Source of the DNA: an uncultured Candidatus Poseidoniales archaeon | GTDB taxonomy: Archaea > Thermoplasmatota > Poseidoniia > Poseidoniales > Thalassarchaeaceae | Length of the DNA: 57,605 nucleotides | Direction: 5' to 3' | NCBI GenBank assembly: GCA_963997805.1 | Contig: CAXEOD010000002.1 | Location: forward strand, 1-57,605 | Part shown: positions 26,007 through 35,372 of the stretch, in pieces | How positions within the stretch are numbered: position 1 is the first letter of the stretch | How the letters are laid out: the number at the start of each line of letters is the position of its first letter | Position numbers and translations under genes: made by a program | The notes under the pieces: model-generated | Seen by the model: the letters and a program-made list of their open reading frames with translations, nothing else | What the model was told of the DNA's origin: nothing | The model's database searches: none

Positions 26007-27446
26007 TTATGTAAAAACCTCTTCAATCAGCCAATCAGGGTCAAATTGTTTCAAATCATCGTATTCTTGGCCAACACCAGCCAACACAATTGGCTTATCT
26101 GTGGCATGAGCAATTGAAAGCGCTGCTCCACCTTTTGCATCGGTATCTAATTTACACAGAACTGCGCCATCGAACTTTAGCATTCTTTGGAATTCTTTGG
26201 CTTGTTCAACTGCGTCGTTGCCTGCCAATGCATCCCCTACAAACAGAACAAGATGTGGTTTTGTTACGCGGTGGACCTTACGTAACTCCTCCATCAAATT
26301 TATTTTATTTTGCATTCTACCTGCAGTATCAACTATGACTACGTCCATTTTCCGGGCTTTAGCATGTTCAATAGCATCTCGGGCTATTGCCGCTGCATCA
26401 CCACCACGTTGACTACTAATACATCGAATACCTAGCCTTTCAGCATGAATTTCTAATTGATCAATCGCCCCTGCCCTAAAGGTGTCAGATGCAGCCAACA
26501 CCACCTTTCTGCCTTTATTTTTCAAGCGGTGAGCAATTTTTGCCGTAGTCGTTGTTTTACCCGTGCCATTTACTCCCACCATCATGATTACAACTGGTAA
26601 ATCACCAGATTCTAGCAACGAATCGACTGTTGCATCAAAGTCCCAATAACCAGCAGATAGAAGGGTACGAAGCGCCCTCTTTAGTGATGCTTCAACCACT
26701 TTGGAAAGGTCAGCGCCTTTACGCAGACGATTACCAACTAACTCGTTACGAAGGGCTGTAATTACCTCTTCTATTGATGCTCGCCCCATGTCTGCTTCTA
26801 ACATCACAAGTTCTAGTTCTTCGAGCATGGCATCAAGTGCTTCACCGCCTTTGATGATTTTTCCACCAGTCTCCACTACCCCTCCGCCAAGATCAATTTC
26901 AACGGTTTTTCCTGTTTCGGTCTCAACAGCTGTTGGGCCAGTGGAACCACGTGGTACACTCTTCACCTCAACCAACTTTCTACCAGTGGTAGAACGCATA
27001 ATTTGCAAGTCTACTTTTGAACCATCGGGACGAACTTCTTGGTCAACATCAAACCCTTCCTTTTTGAGGCGTTGGCGTTCTTTTTTGGCCTCTTTTGCTT
27101 CTTTCTCGAGGCGTTTGCGTTGTTTCTTGTCAAGTGATGGAGAGATTGGTTCTGGAATTGGTTCATCCTCTAAATCATCCCACTCTTCCTCTTCTACTTG
27201 AGGCGTGGATATTGCTTCAATTTCCTCAACATCTTCCCAATCATCATCAGCTTCATCATGGTCTGTATCAGTAATTACCGCCGCGGTTTCGGCTTCTTGT
27301 TCGGCTTCTTGGGCGAGTTTTATTTGTTCTCGCTCAGCTAATGCTTGCTGGGCTTCGTCGGAATCTTCAGCAGCGGTTAGTGCATCAAGATCGGTGTCAT
27401 CAGCAACCTCCTTCACGCGCTTGCGGAAACGATCAAAAAATCCCAT
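26007..27446 (-). CDS. ftsY: Signal recognition particle receptor FtsY, with a long charged N-terminal A-domain
   Basis: VIMMVGVNGTGKTTTTAKIA (G1), DTFRAGA, DTAGR (G3), CKLDTDAKGG (G4), GVGQEYDDL (G5). The N-terminal ~190 aa is Glu/Asp/Lys-rich. Confidence 0.95.
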   Translation of the reverse strand: MGFFDRFRKRVKEVADDTDLDALTAAEDSDEAQQALAEREQIKLAQEAEQEAETAAVITDTDHDEADDDWEDVEEIEAISTPQVEEEEWDDLEDEPIPEPISPSLDKKQRKRLEKEAKEAKKERQRLKKEGFDVDQEVRPDGSKVDLQIMRSTTGRKLVEVKSVPRGSTGPTAVETETGKTVEIDLGGGVVETGGKIIKGGEALDAMLEELELVMLEADMGRASIEEVITALRNELVGNRLRKGADLSKVVEASLKRALRTLLSAGYWDFDATVDSLLESGDLPVVIMMVGVNGTGKTTTTAKIAHRLKNKGRKVVLAASDTFRAGAIDQLEIHAERLGIRCISSQRGGDAAAIARDAIEHAKARKMDVVIVDTAGRMQNKINLMEELRKVHRVTKPHLVLFVGDALAGNDAVEQAKEFQRMLKFDGAVLCKLDTDAKGGAALSIAHATDKPIVLAGVGQEYDDLKQFDPDWLIEEVFT

Positions 27447-27455
27447 TTAATCGCC

Positions 27456-27983
27456 TCAATCATCTAGAGTTAATTCACCCGAAACATTTCGTCTTCTACG
27501 CTTTTGAGAAGGTTGTTTCTGTTCTGTGGGGGCTGAATCCTCTTCAACTTCTGGCTCGGATTCGTCTTCAACCTGTAACTCCTCTGCGTCAGCAGAGAAC
27601 TGTGTTGCCATATTTTTGACTTTGGCTTCGGTTTCATCAAATTCAGATTGTAATGTTGTGACTAATTCTTGAATATCGCTAATTCGCTTGTTCAAAATTT
27701 CAACTGCTTCGACAACTGTCCTTTCCGCTTGAATCCCACTACCAATATCGATAACTACGCTTGGATTATTAATTTTGTCAACAAGTAATTGGGTGCCTGA
27801 ACCTAGAGGAATCATCATTTTGGGTGACGCATTGTTTTCTAGAGATTCTAATGCTCTAATTACCTCTTGATGTTCAATTATCGCTTCACTCAAGCGTTCA
27901 ATTTGCTCGCCGAGCGCGGTTAATTGTTGCCTATACATATCTACTAGACGGGCCAATCGTTGCAATTCCGCGGCGTCACTCAT
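27456..27983 (-). CDS. pfdA: Prefoldin alpha subunit with charged C-terminal tail
   Basis: Coiled-coil / beta-hairpin / coiled-coil layout: LQRLARLVDMYRQQLTALGEQIERL...MIPLGSGTQLLVDKI...VVIDIGSGIQAERTVVEAVEILNKRISDIQELVTTLQ. I prefer ATG 27983 (MSDAAELQ). The track ORF extends to 28079. Confidence 0.8.
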   Translation of the reverse strand: MSDAAELQRLARLVDMYRQQLTALGEQIERLSEAIIEHQEVIRALESLENNASPKMMIPLGSGTQLLVDKINNPSVVIDIGSGIQAERTVVEAVEILNKRISDIQELVTTLQSEFDETEAKVKNMATQFSADAEELQVEDESEPEVEEDSAPTEQKQPSQKRRRRNVSGELTLDD

Positions 27984-28100
27984 GGCTCTCCCACATTCGC
28001 TTCGGCGCGCCCAAGGGTCATGAAGGCGCCGCCAAGGGTTTATCGGTGGGTTATCTCCATAACCAATATCCAAACCCACGTATTTGTAGAAGGTGATGGG

Positions 28101-30242
28101 GTGGTTGAAGCAAGAAACACCACTACTATCATCAACATTTGTAGAGGTGTTCGCGATGATATTGTAAATCTAGTTGAACAATATGAAAGTGTGTTTGGGG
28201 TCGGACCTGTTTGGGTTTCAAGGGTTCCCGCAAGGTTGTGTTTGGCCGCTGACCATACAGATTATTGGCAGGGATTTAGACCCGAATTATTGACAATGGC
28301 AAGTGATTCACAGGAAATGTGGGGTGTCATTGGGGCACGTGATGATGGGTTGATTTCTTGTTATAGTTCAGAGAACGGTTTTCTGCAATGGGAGGAAAAA
28401 CTAGGGGATAATGTGCCAAAAGGTGATGATTGGTTGGGGTGGTTAGAATCGATTGAAACCCCGCCCCCACACTGGTCAAATTATGTGATGGGTTCTGTAA
28501 AACATACTCAGATGAATATGGATGTAAAGTTTGGATTCAATATCTATATTTCCTCCTCAATACCACCAGCATCGGGGGCATCGTCGTCATCTGCTTTAGC
28601 CACTACAGCAATGTTTGCTACCCGATTATCAAATGGACTCTCAACTAATTTTGATGATCTTGTTGTTGCCACCGCGGAAGGAGAATGGTATTGTGGGACA
28701 AGAGGTGGAATGATGGATCATGCAACTATGTTAAATGCTGAAACGGGTAAAATTCTGCGCTTGTGTTTTGAACCGTTTTCAGTGAAATTAATTCAGTTAC
28801 CTCATACATTTTCTAATCATAAATTCATGACAATTTTCACACACCCATCTGATAAAGGCGGTGATACGATGTTAGCTTTCAACGAATTAGCAGTCGTTGC
28901 TAGAGAAATTGTCCCTAGGTTTCTAGAAAATAAATGGGAGCAAAAATGGTTGGATTTGGTTGAAACTCTTCCTGAACATATAACGCCAATTGAAATCAAA
29001 AAACGTTGGCCGCAAGATTATGAAAAATTATGTTCATTATACCCTCTAGTCTTTAAAAATGAGAAATTTGTTATTCGTGTTGCGGACCGTTTTCGATTCG
29101 CCATGCGTGAGTTTGAACGATCAAAAGAAATGCAATCACTATTAGCACTAAATGATTGTAATCCAAAAGATGTAGCCAATATCATGAATGAATCTTGGAA
29201 AGATGCTGGGGATTTATACGGTATTCGTACAGAGAAAATGGATGTAATCGCTGAAGAAGCAATACAGATATCTGGTATCTTGGGAATCAAAGTATTAGGT
29301 GCAGGGTTCGGTGGAAATCTCTTGGCTTTAGTTGAAGAAAAAGCGAATGTTAGTGAATTGAAAAAATATGGGGTACAAACTTGTAATCCTGGTTCAAAAG
29401 CATCTCTTTTCGACGTTTCTGAATTAATGCCTAAATTAGAAAAATACCCACCAATAGCTGCGGTTTTGCTGTGTGGTGGGGTTGGGACAAGGATGTTAAA
29501 ACAAGGACTGAATACCCATAAGCCACTTTTACAGATAAACAACATTCCTTGCACTAAATTTGTAATCAGTGAATTATTGAATGGTGATTTGGATTTTTCA
29601 CAAATAATAATTGTAGTTCCAGAGGATAGGGTTGAGGAATATGAAACGGAATTAATCGGTCTGCCTGTGAATATAATTACTCAGTCAAAGGCACTTGGAA
29701 CAGGTAATGCGGTATTGTGTGCTATTGATGAATTATTGAGTTCGATAAAGCAAGTTTACGTATCATTTGGAACGCAACCATTAGTTCGTAATTTGACGAT
29801 TAAATCTTCTCTCGCCCATCACTTAGAAACAGGTGTTGGCTTCACTATTCCTACGACTATTAGATCTGACCCCTATGCGCCATTGTTACGCAATGCTGAG
29901 GGGGTTGTTGTGGGGTCGGTGGAAACCCATCTAAATCGGGAAGAAATGCCTCAATTTGGTGAAACGAATGTAGGTGGTTATTGGGTAAGTACATCTGCTT
30001 TAAATGACGTTTTAATTACTATCCATTCTAACTTATATGATGAAGAAAAGGGTGTTTATAACACTAAATCAGGTGAACTGGGCTTCCCAAACGAGATGAC
30101 ACGCGCATGCTTAGACTTGGGGCTTGGAGTTGAAGGATTACCAATTGCTGACCCAGAAGAAGTGGTCGGCCTTAAAACACCAGAAAATATTAGAGATATT
30201 GAACAATTTTTGGGGAGAAGAAGTAGATTGAGTGGAGATTAA
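28101..30242 (+). CDS. Bifunctional galactokinase-like GHMP sugar-1-kinase / sugar-1-phosphate nucleotidylyltransferase (fusion)
   Basis: N-terminal half: VPARLCLAADHTDY (cf. GalK PGRVNLIGEHTDY), PPASGASSSSALATTA (GHMP motif II), GGMMDHATM (cf. GalK GIMDQ), GAGFGGNLLALV (motif III). C-terminal half: AAVLLCGGVGTRM...HKPLL (NTP-transferase G-x-G-T-R...K-P-L), LGTGNAV. I prefer GTG 28101 (GGTGAT upstream). The track ORF from 27960 would overlap the divergent pfdA. Confidence 0.8.
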   Translation: MVEARNTTTIINICRGVRDDIVNLVEQYESVFGVGPVWVSRVPARLCLAADHTDYWQGFRPELLTMASDSQEMWGVIGARDDGLISCYSSENGFLQWEEKLGDNVPKGDDWLGWLESIETPPPHWSNYVMGSVKHTQMNMDVKFGFNIYISSSIPPASGASSSSALATTAMFATRLSNGLSTNFDDLVVATAEGEWYCGTRGGMMDHATMLNAETGKILRLCFEPFSVKLIQLPHTFSNHKFMTIFTHPSDKGGDTMLAFNELAVVAREIVPRFLENKWEQKWLDLVETLPEHITPIEIKKRWPQDYEKLCSLYPLVFKNEKFVIRVADRFRFAMREFERSKEMQSLLALNDCNPKDVANIMNESWKDAGDLYGIRTEKMDVIAEEAIQISGILGIKVLGAGFGGNLLALVEEKANVSELKKYGVQTCNPGSKASLFDVSELMPKLEKYPPIAAVLLCGGVGTRMLKQGLNTHKPLLQINNIPCTKFVISELLNGDLDFSQIIIVVPEDRVEEYETELIGLPVNIITQSKALGTGNAVLCAIDELLSSIKQVYVSFGTQPLVRNLTIKSSLAHHLETGVGFTIPTTIRSDPYAPLLRNAEGVVVGSVETHLNREEMPQFGETNVGGYWVSTSALNDVLITIHSNLYDEEKGVYNTKSGELGFPNEMTRACLDLGLGVEGLPIADPEEVVGLKTPENIRDIEQFLGRRSRLSGD

Positions 30243-31411
30243 TCCTTTGCTTGAATTGAATTATAAATTTTTTCAAGTTGATCTATGATTACGGTTTTAC
30301 CGAATCGATTTTGAATCCTTTCTGAAATTGATTTGCCGTCCCAATCTTGTTGCATGACTTTGCTCATTGCATCACAGATGGCATCTTCATCATCGATAGG
30401 TATGAGATATCCATCCCCTTCTTTGATAACTTTATTTGGGCCGCCGCATTTTGTTGAAATAACTGGGCGGCCGGTTGCTAATGCTTCAAGAATTACGATT
30501 CCTTGAGTTTCATAACGGCTTGGATGAATTAGAGCATGGCAATTAACGAATTCATTTGGTACTTCTTCTCTAGAGACTAATCCTTTGAATTCAACGTTAT
30601 CACTAACACCAAGAGATTCTGCTAACGATTTCAAGCTCGCTAAATGTGGGCCATCTCCAACAATGATTAGATTTGAATTAGAGTTCTCAAATTTGGCAAA
30701 TGCTCGTAACAAAGTATCATGGCCTTTATCATCGACTAAATTTCCTACTGTTAACCAAGTAAAACCATCTTTCGAAGATGGTGATTCAACGTACTCAAAT
30801 TTACTATCAACCATGTGGGGGGTAATTTCAAATTCAAGGTTTTGAACATTAATAATTGATTTCAAATCAACTACAAGAGATTCACTAACAGCATAATTTT
30901 TATCTGCTGAATGATATGCTTTTTCAGCGGATTTTTGTTCTCGTGGTCCTGCAATTTTTCTCGGAATTACACTTGCGTGCTCAGTCACTAAAAAAGGTAA
31001 ATTGTGTTTTGAAGCGATTGCCGCGCCCAACACACCACCCCAAAGTGCACTATGTCCATGGATAATATCTGGAAGTCCGTGTTTTGCAACATATGAATCA
31101 AACATTTTCAAGCCAAGTTTTTGCCTTTGACGGATGCTTGCATTATAGATGAAAGGAATCCGGTGAAATGGTCCTGGTTGGCGCAATCGTTGGGCTGCCC
31201 TAACAACATTTAACGGCCCTTCAACAGAATGAGTGATTTTCTGACTATCACTATGTAACCAATCATTTGAGGGTAAATCAAAGAATCTCACTGCAATTAT
31301 CCCTACTTTGATTCCTCTTTCAGTCAACGCTTCCGCTTGTTCACGAAAAAAGCTACCTAAAAGTGGGGATTTAGGGTGAGAATACCACGATGGTATTGAT
31401 AAAACATGAAT
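30239..31411 (-). CDS. GT4-family (GT-B) glycosyltransferase; N-terminus extends upstream of the tracked TTG start
   Basis: HGHSALWGG, and RYETQGIVILEALATGRPVISTKCGGPNKVIKEGDGYLIP (E-x7-E region). The in-frame upstream sequence (I)HVLSIPSWYSHPKSPLLGSFFREQAEAL looks like a genuine GT4 N-terminus. It contains no ATG/GTG/TTG between the TAG at 31424-31426 and the TTG at 31327. See finding. Confidence 0.85.
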   Translation of the reverse strand: MHVLSIPSWYSHPKSPLLGSFFREQAEALTERGIKVGIIAVRFFDLPSNDWLHSDSQKITHSVEGPLNVVRAAQRLRQPGPFHRIPFIYNASIRQRQKLGLKMFDSYVAKHGLPDIIHGHSALWGGVLGAAIASKHNLPFLVTEHASVIPRKIAGPREQKSAEKAYHSADKNYAVSESLVVDLKSIINVQNLEFEITPHMVDSKFEYVESPSSKDGFTWLTVGNLVDDKGHDTLLRAFAKFENSNSNLIIVGDGPHLASLKSLAESLGVSDNVEFKGLVSREEVPNEFVNCHALIHPSRYETQGIVILEALATGRPVISTKCGGPNKVIKEGDGYLIPIDDEDAICDAMSKVMQQDWDGKSISERIQNRFGKTVIIDQLEKIYNSIQAKD

Positions 31412-31485
31412 CAGAAAATCACCCTAGACCAATTTATTTCTTGGGAAGGGGTGGTTTGTCAAGACTATTTCGCAGAATTTCTTAA

Positions 31486-31758
31486 TTATTCTTCTTCTGA
31501 TGAAGCCGAAGCCTCTACAACGGGTGGAGCTGCTCGCTCACGGAATGCCGATATTACCCTAGGTTCAGTTGAGGTTGATGGATCAATCTGCTCAATGCTT
31601 GTAATTTTCATTGCTCTACGTGTGACTCTGTGCCGGCTTCCAAATGATGATTCTACACGGTGACGTGCTTCATCTTCATCATTAGCCACAACATCTTGTG
31701 TAAATGGCTGAATTATCTTTCCATTGGGGAACTTTCCCACTACTCGGTAAGCCTTCAT
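31486..31758 (-). CDS. rplX: 50S ribosomal protein LX (eL20 family) with acidic C-terminal extension
   Basis: MKAYRVVGKFPNGKIIQPFTQDVVANDEDEARHRVESSFGSRHRVTRRAMKITSIEQI matches archaeal LX (M..F.V.G.F..G...Q.F..ev.A.....A.e...S..GS.H.v.R..i.I.ev). I moved the start to ATG 31758. The track ORF (to 31938) adds 60 non-homologous residues. Confidence 0.8.
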   Translation of the reverse strand: MKAYRVVGKFPNGKIIQPFTQDVVANDEDEARHRVESSFGSRHRVTRRAMKITSIEQIDPSTSTEPRVISAFRERAAPPVVEASASSEEE

Positions 31759-31810
31759 TGAGCCGCCGACTTGGGTTGTCGTCTTAAACGCGACGGGAGG
31801 TGACAAAATC

Positions 31811-34270
31811 ATGACGCGAGGGCCTAGAGTCGTTTTCCTTGCACTCATTCTAATTATCCCATTACCACCTTTACCACATGATGAACAACAAATATTCGGC
31901 GAAATCGTACTCAATTCTGACGACCCTTGGGATGTCAAAGGATGGAACTCATTGGTGGAACAGGGAATGACTCCTTTACGTCAATTAAATGCACATGAAA
32001 TGTTAGTGTGGGCACCTATTGATGAAGGGGACATACCACTTAGAATTACTGAATTTAGGGGATTAATAGATGATTATGAAACATATATTGTTGTGTTAGA
32101 ACCCCGATTAGATGTAAAAGAAAAGGATGAGATTAAAACCACTTTAAACATGATTGGATTGAATCCTAAAACGGTTTTCTCACCAATGGAAGGCTCCCCA
32201 CTATCAGAAATTATCCAAATCATCCCGAGCAATACATTTTCCGATTGGTGGCAATTTGTTGAGATTATTCATGGTATACATTGGGTAGAGCCAGTGCTTG
32301 AAACTGTTGGGAGAAATGATATCGCTGCGGCAATTATGCAACACGGAAATATTTCAGGCCAGCCAGCATGGTTGTTTGGATTAGATGGTTCTGGAGTAAT
32401 AATTTCTAATGCAGATTCTGGAATTGATCGTGACCATGCTTGCTTCCGCGAAGCAACAGAATCTGGTGCTTCAGGAAGTGAGTGGAATAACGCAACAGGA
32501 ACGCCGGGGCAAAATCATAGGAAAATTGTCTTCTTCAATGAAACAATAGATGATTGGGATTCCCCTAATAACCAAAATTATCGTCATGGGACCCATGTGG
32601 CAGGAAGTTTAGCATGCCGCTCTATTTGGGAAATTTCAGCGGAAAATCGAGGAGATTGGGTAAATGCTACTCCTGGAGAGGGGACTTCAATTTCTCATGG
32701 GGCGCGCCTAGTGATTGAAGATGTTGTAGATGACGACGGTTGGCAAATACCGGAAATTGGTGAATTATTTTGGGAAGCTAGTTCACATGGTGGGGTGATT
32801 CGGTCTGATTCATGGGGGGATGATAGTACAGAATATACACTACGAACAAGTAAATTTGACGCTTGGCTGTTCTCAGTCCCATGGTCGGTTTCTTTTGTTG
32901 CACCAGGTAATACTGGTGCCGAGGTATTAGAACCTGCAAATGGATTGAATGTTGTATCTGTTGGTGCTTCAGCAAAAGACGGGACTAATGATTTGTGGAC
33001 CCTCACCCCGCGTCAAGAAACTGCTCAAGGAAGAATGGGTGTTACTATTGTTGTACCAGGAGAAACAATAACTTCTGCTAAGGGGGATGGGTTGCATGAT
33101 TCCAATAATGATGGTTGGAGGAGTTCAACGGGAACCTCAATGGCTACACCACAAGCAGCTGCTTTTGCTGCTGTTATTCAACAAATGGTTGAAACTGGTT
33201 GGATTACTGGAAATGATAGTAAGGTAGTAGTTTCATCAAATTCACTAAGACCTGATTGGGCTGAATCTGTTGATAATAATCTCACAGAAGGAAACCTATT
33301 ATTAGCCAGTGGTTTTACTCCATCAGGACCACTTATCAGGGCGTTGATGGTATTGAGTGCTGATTCCCTTGAAGGGGGTAGGCAAGCGGAGTTGACGCTC
33401 GGTGTAGCCCCTGATAATCAGCAAGGGTGGGGGCGGCCAAATCTATCAAATATTGTAGATTTTGAAAATCTTAACTCTCAAATGAATAATTCTACTGTTG
33501 ATCCTAGCACAAATATATGGATACATGATTCCTTTAGAATGATTGATAATAACTGGCAAAGCATGATTGAAAGTTGGGTAGAGGAAAATCCACTAGATTC
33601 TGTTTCAAACCACCATTGGAAGGGGGAAGGGGCTGTAGGTCCTTTTCTTTCAACATCAGAGGATGTTGTTTGGAAAATGCCAATCGTGAATGGTGAAGAT
33701 TTTGATGCCCGCCTGGTGTGGAACTCTGCACCAAATATTGATTCACGCGACGATTTGGATCTTCTCGTTACTTTGCCCGATGGGCAAATTTTCTTAGGAA
33801 ATGATATGGCGGGAGATGGTGTTCGAGAAAGTGTTGAGACAATAGAGGGTGTTCATATCTCCTCTGAAATTCTCAACGATTTTGAGTATCTTGAATTGCG
33901 AATTATTGGTCATCAAATAAACACGGGGCCTGAACGTGGGGTTGTGGGATTGAATGGTGATAAGATTGGTTTTGCTTTAGCTGTTAAAGGAGTTGACCGA
34001 GAGGGTGTAGAAACAATTACTCCTTGGTCAATTCTAGTTCAAGATGAGGAAGTAAATGTAGAGCAGGGTGGTGGTTCTTTGGAAAGATATTGGTTTGCTG
34101 TAATGATAATTATTGTCTTGTTTGCAATCGGATTAATCATTATTGAGAAGCATAAAATATCTACTCAAATGGTAGTTGATGAATTTATGACCGAAGGTGA
34201 ACCTTCAAACCATGATAGCGACTCCCTGCCAATAGCGGTAGCACCGCATATAGGTGATGACGATGAGTGA
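31811..34270 (+). CDS. Membrane-anchored subtilisin-like serine protease (peptidase S8)
   Basis: Catalytic triad blocks VIISNADSGIDRDH (Asp), HGTHVAGS (His), GTSMATPQAAAFAA (Ser). N-terminal signal/anchor VVFLALILIIPLPP, and a C-terminal TM helix YWFAVMIIIVLFAIGLIII followed by an acidic tail. Confidence 0.9.
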   Translation: MTRGPRVVFLALILIIPLPPLPHDEQQIFGEIVLNSDDPWDVKGWNSLVEQGMTPLRQLNAHEMLVWAPIDEGDIPLRITEFRGLIDDYETYIVVLEPRLDVKEKDEIKTTLNMIGLNPKTVFSPMEGSPLSEIIQIIPSNTFSDWWQFVEIIHGIHWVEPVLETVGRNDIAAAIMQHGNISGQPAWLFGLDGSGVIISNADSGIDRDHACFREATESGASGSEWNNATGTPGQNHRKIVFFNETIDDWDSPNNQNYRHGTHVAGSLACRSIWEISAENRGDWVNATPGEGTSISHGARLVIEDVVDDDGWQIPEIGELFWEASSHGGVIRSDSWGDDSTEYTLRTSKFDAWLFSVPWSVSFVAPGNTGAEVLEPANGLNVVSVGASAKDGTNDLWTLTPRQETAQGRMGVTIVVPGETITSAKGDGLHDSNNDGWRSSTGTSMATPQAAAFAAVIQQMVETGWITGNDSKVVVSSNSLRPDWAESVDNNLTEGNLLLASGFTPSGPLIRALMVLSADSLEGGRQAELTLGVAPDNQQGWGRPNLSNIVDFENLNSQMNNSTVDPSTNIWIHDSFRMIDNNWQSMIESWVEENPLDSVSNHHWKGEGAVGPFLSTSEDVVWKMPIVNGEDFDARLVWNSAPNIDSRDDLDLLVTLPDGQIFLGNDMAGDGVRESVETIEGVHISSEILNDFEYLELRIIGHQINTGPERGVVGLNGDKIGFALAVKGVDREGVETITPWSILVQDEEVNVEQGGGSLERYWFAVMIIIVLFAIGLIIIEKHKISTQMVVDEFMTEGEPSNHDSDSLPIAVAPHIGDDDE

Positions 34271-35267
34271 GAGACTGTACATCGGGATAGATTTGGGAAC
34301 TTTTCAATCGACGATTTCTGCGTCGAATGGAACAAATGAAAGCGTATTAACAGTGGTTGGGAAACCTAAGGACCCCATCGCTCGTAACTTCTTGAAAAGA
34401 GATACTCTGTTTGGAGCCGAGGCTTTGAAAAATAAGTTGGCTTGTAACTTGTATTATCCTCTTTCAGCTGGAGTCGCTCAAGATGATGAAAATAACTTAG
34501 CAGCGGCAAAATCGTTTGTTACTCACTTAGTTGAAGCGGTTGACCCAGAAGAATTTGATGAAGTGTTTGGTGTTATTTGCTCGCCATCTCATATTTCATT
34601 TGTTGATAAGAGCAATTTAGTAAGTATCCTACGTGGTCAAGTAAACGCAATTATGGTTGTTAGTGAACCATTTGCAGTTGCATTCGGGCTTGATGAAATT
34701 GGTGGAAGTATTGTTGTTGACATCGGAGCGGGCACCACTGATGTTGCTCGTATCTATGGAACATTCCCAAGTGAAGAAGACCAAGTTACAATCTCAGAAG
34801 CAGGAGATTGGATTGATTATCGTTTAATGGAATTGGTTGCTAAGAAATTCACCGGTGCTCAATTAACAAAAGACATGGTTCGCCAATGGAAAGAAGCAGG
34901 GTCATATGTTGGTGGAGATGAAAAAGAACAGATGGTTGAACTTTCTGTTGATGGAAAGAAGCAAGTTGTCGATGTTGGGGATTTAGTTCAAATCGCATGT
35001 GAGGAATTAATACCACATATTGTAAGGACTGTTAAGGGGATTGTTGCAGGTGCTGATCCTGAGTATCAATCATTACTACGTAACAACATCATTCTCTCTG
35101 GTGGTGGATCATTAATTGGTGGTTTAGCCGACCGAGTGGCTGATGAACTAGCAGATATTGGTGATGTGCGTGTTTGGTGCGCCGATGACCCAATGATAAG
35201 AGTGGCTGATGGTGCGTTAAAACTGTCAATGGTGATGCCTGACGACCAATATACAGCAATCAGTTGA
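34254..35267 (+). CDS. Actin-fold filament ATPase, MamK-like (MreB/ParM superfamily)
   Basis: LYIGIDLGTFQS (phosphate 1), VVDIGAGTTDVA (phosphate 2), IILSGGGSLIGGLADRV (adenosine). MamK-like blocks: VVGKPKD, YPLSAGV, VVSEPFAVAFGLD, GTFPSEEDQVTISEAGDWIDYRL, DPEYQ. The candidate starts (GTG 34254, ATG 34257, ATG 34263) all overlap the S8 stop at 34268-34270. Confidence 0.8.
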   Translation: MMTMSERLYIGIDLGTFQSTISASNGTNESVLTVVGKPKDPIARNFLKRDTLFGAEALKNKLACNLYYPLSAGVAQDDENNLAAAKSFVTHLVEAVDPEEFDEVFGVICSPSHISFVDKSNLVSILRGQVNAIMVVSEPFAVAFGLDEIGGSIVVDIGAGTTDVARIYGTFPSEEDQVTISEAGDWIDYRLMELVAKKFTGAQLTKDMVRQWKEAGSYVGGDEKEQMVELSVDGKKQVVDVGDLVQIACEELIPHIVRTVKGIVAGADPEYQSLLRNNIILSGGGSLIGGLADRVADELADIGDVRVWCADDPMIRVADGALKLSMVMPDDQYTAIS

Positions 35268-35372
35268 TGTTAATTCGGTGACCTTGGAAAGGGTTCAAGA
35301 ATGGCTCGCTTTGACTAACGCCAAGGTGAAAGTTCAAGAATGGTTCTCTCGCGATAGGGTATTTGATTGAGT

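Noticed and set aside
31406-31663. 85-aa plus-strand ORF between the GT4 gene and rplX
   Set aside because: It overlaps the rplX coding region antisense and the extended GT4 N-terminus. No motif is recognisable. Its ATG is simply the complement of the GT4 codons ATT-CAT.
31759-31938. 60-aa N-terminal extension of the rplX ORF containing CCSSCGKGG, possibly a zinc-binding fusion
   Set aside because: Ribosomal protein LX homology begins exactly at the internal Met (31758). The extension is Ser/Gly/Thr-rich, and its far end reaches past the start (31811) of the divergent S8 gene.
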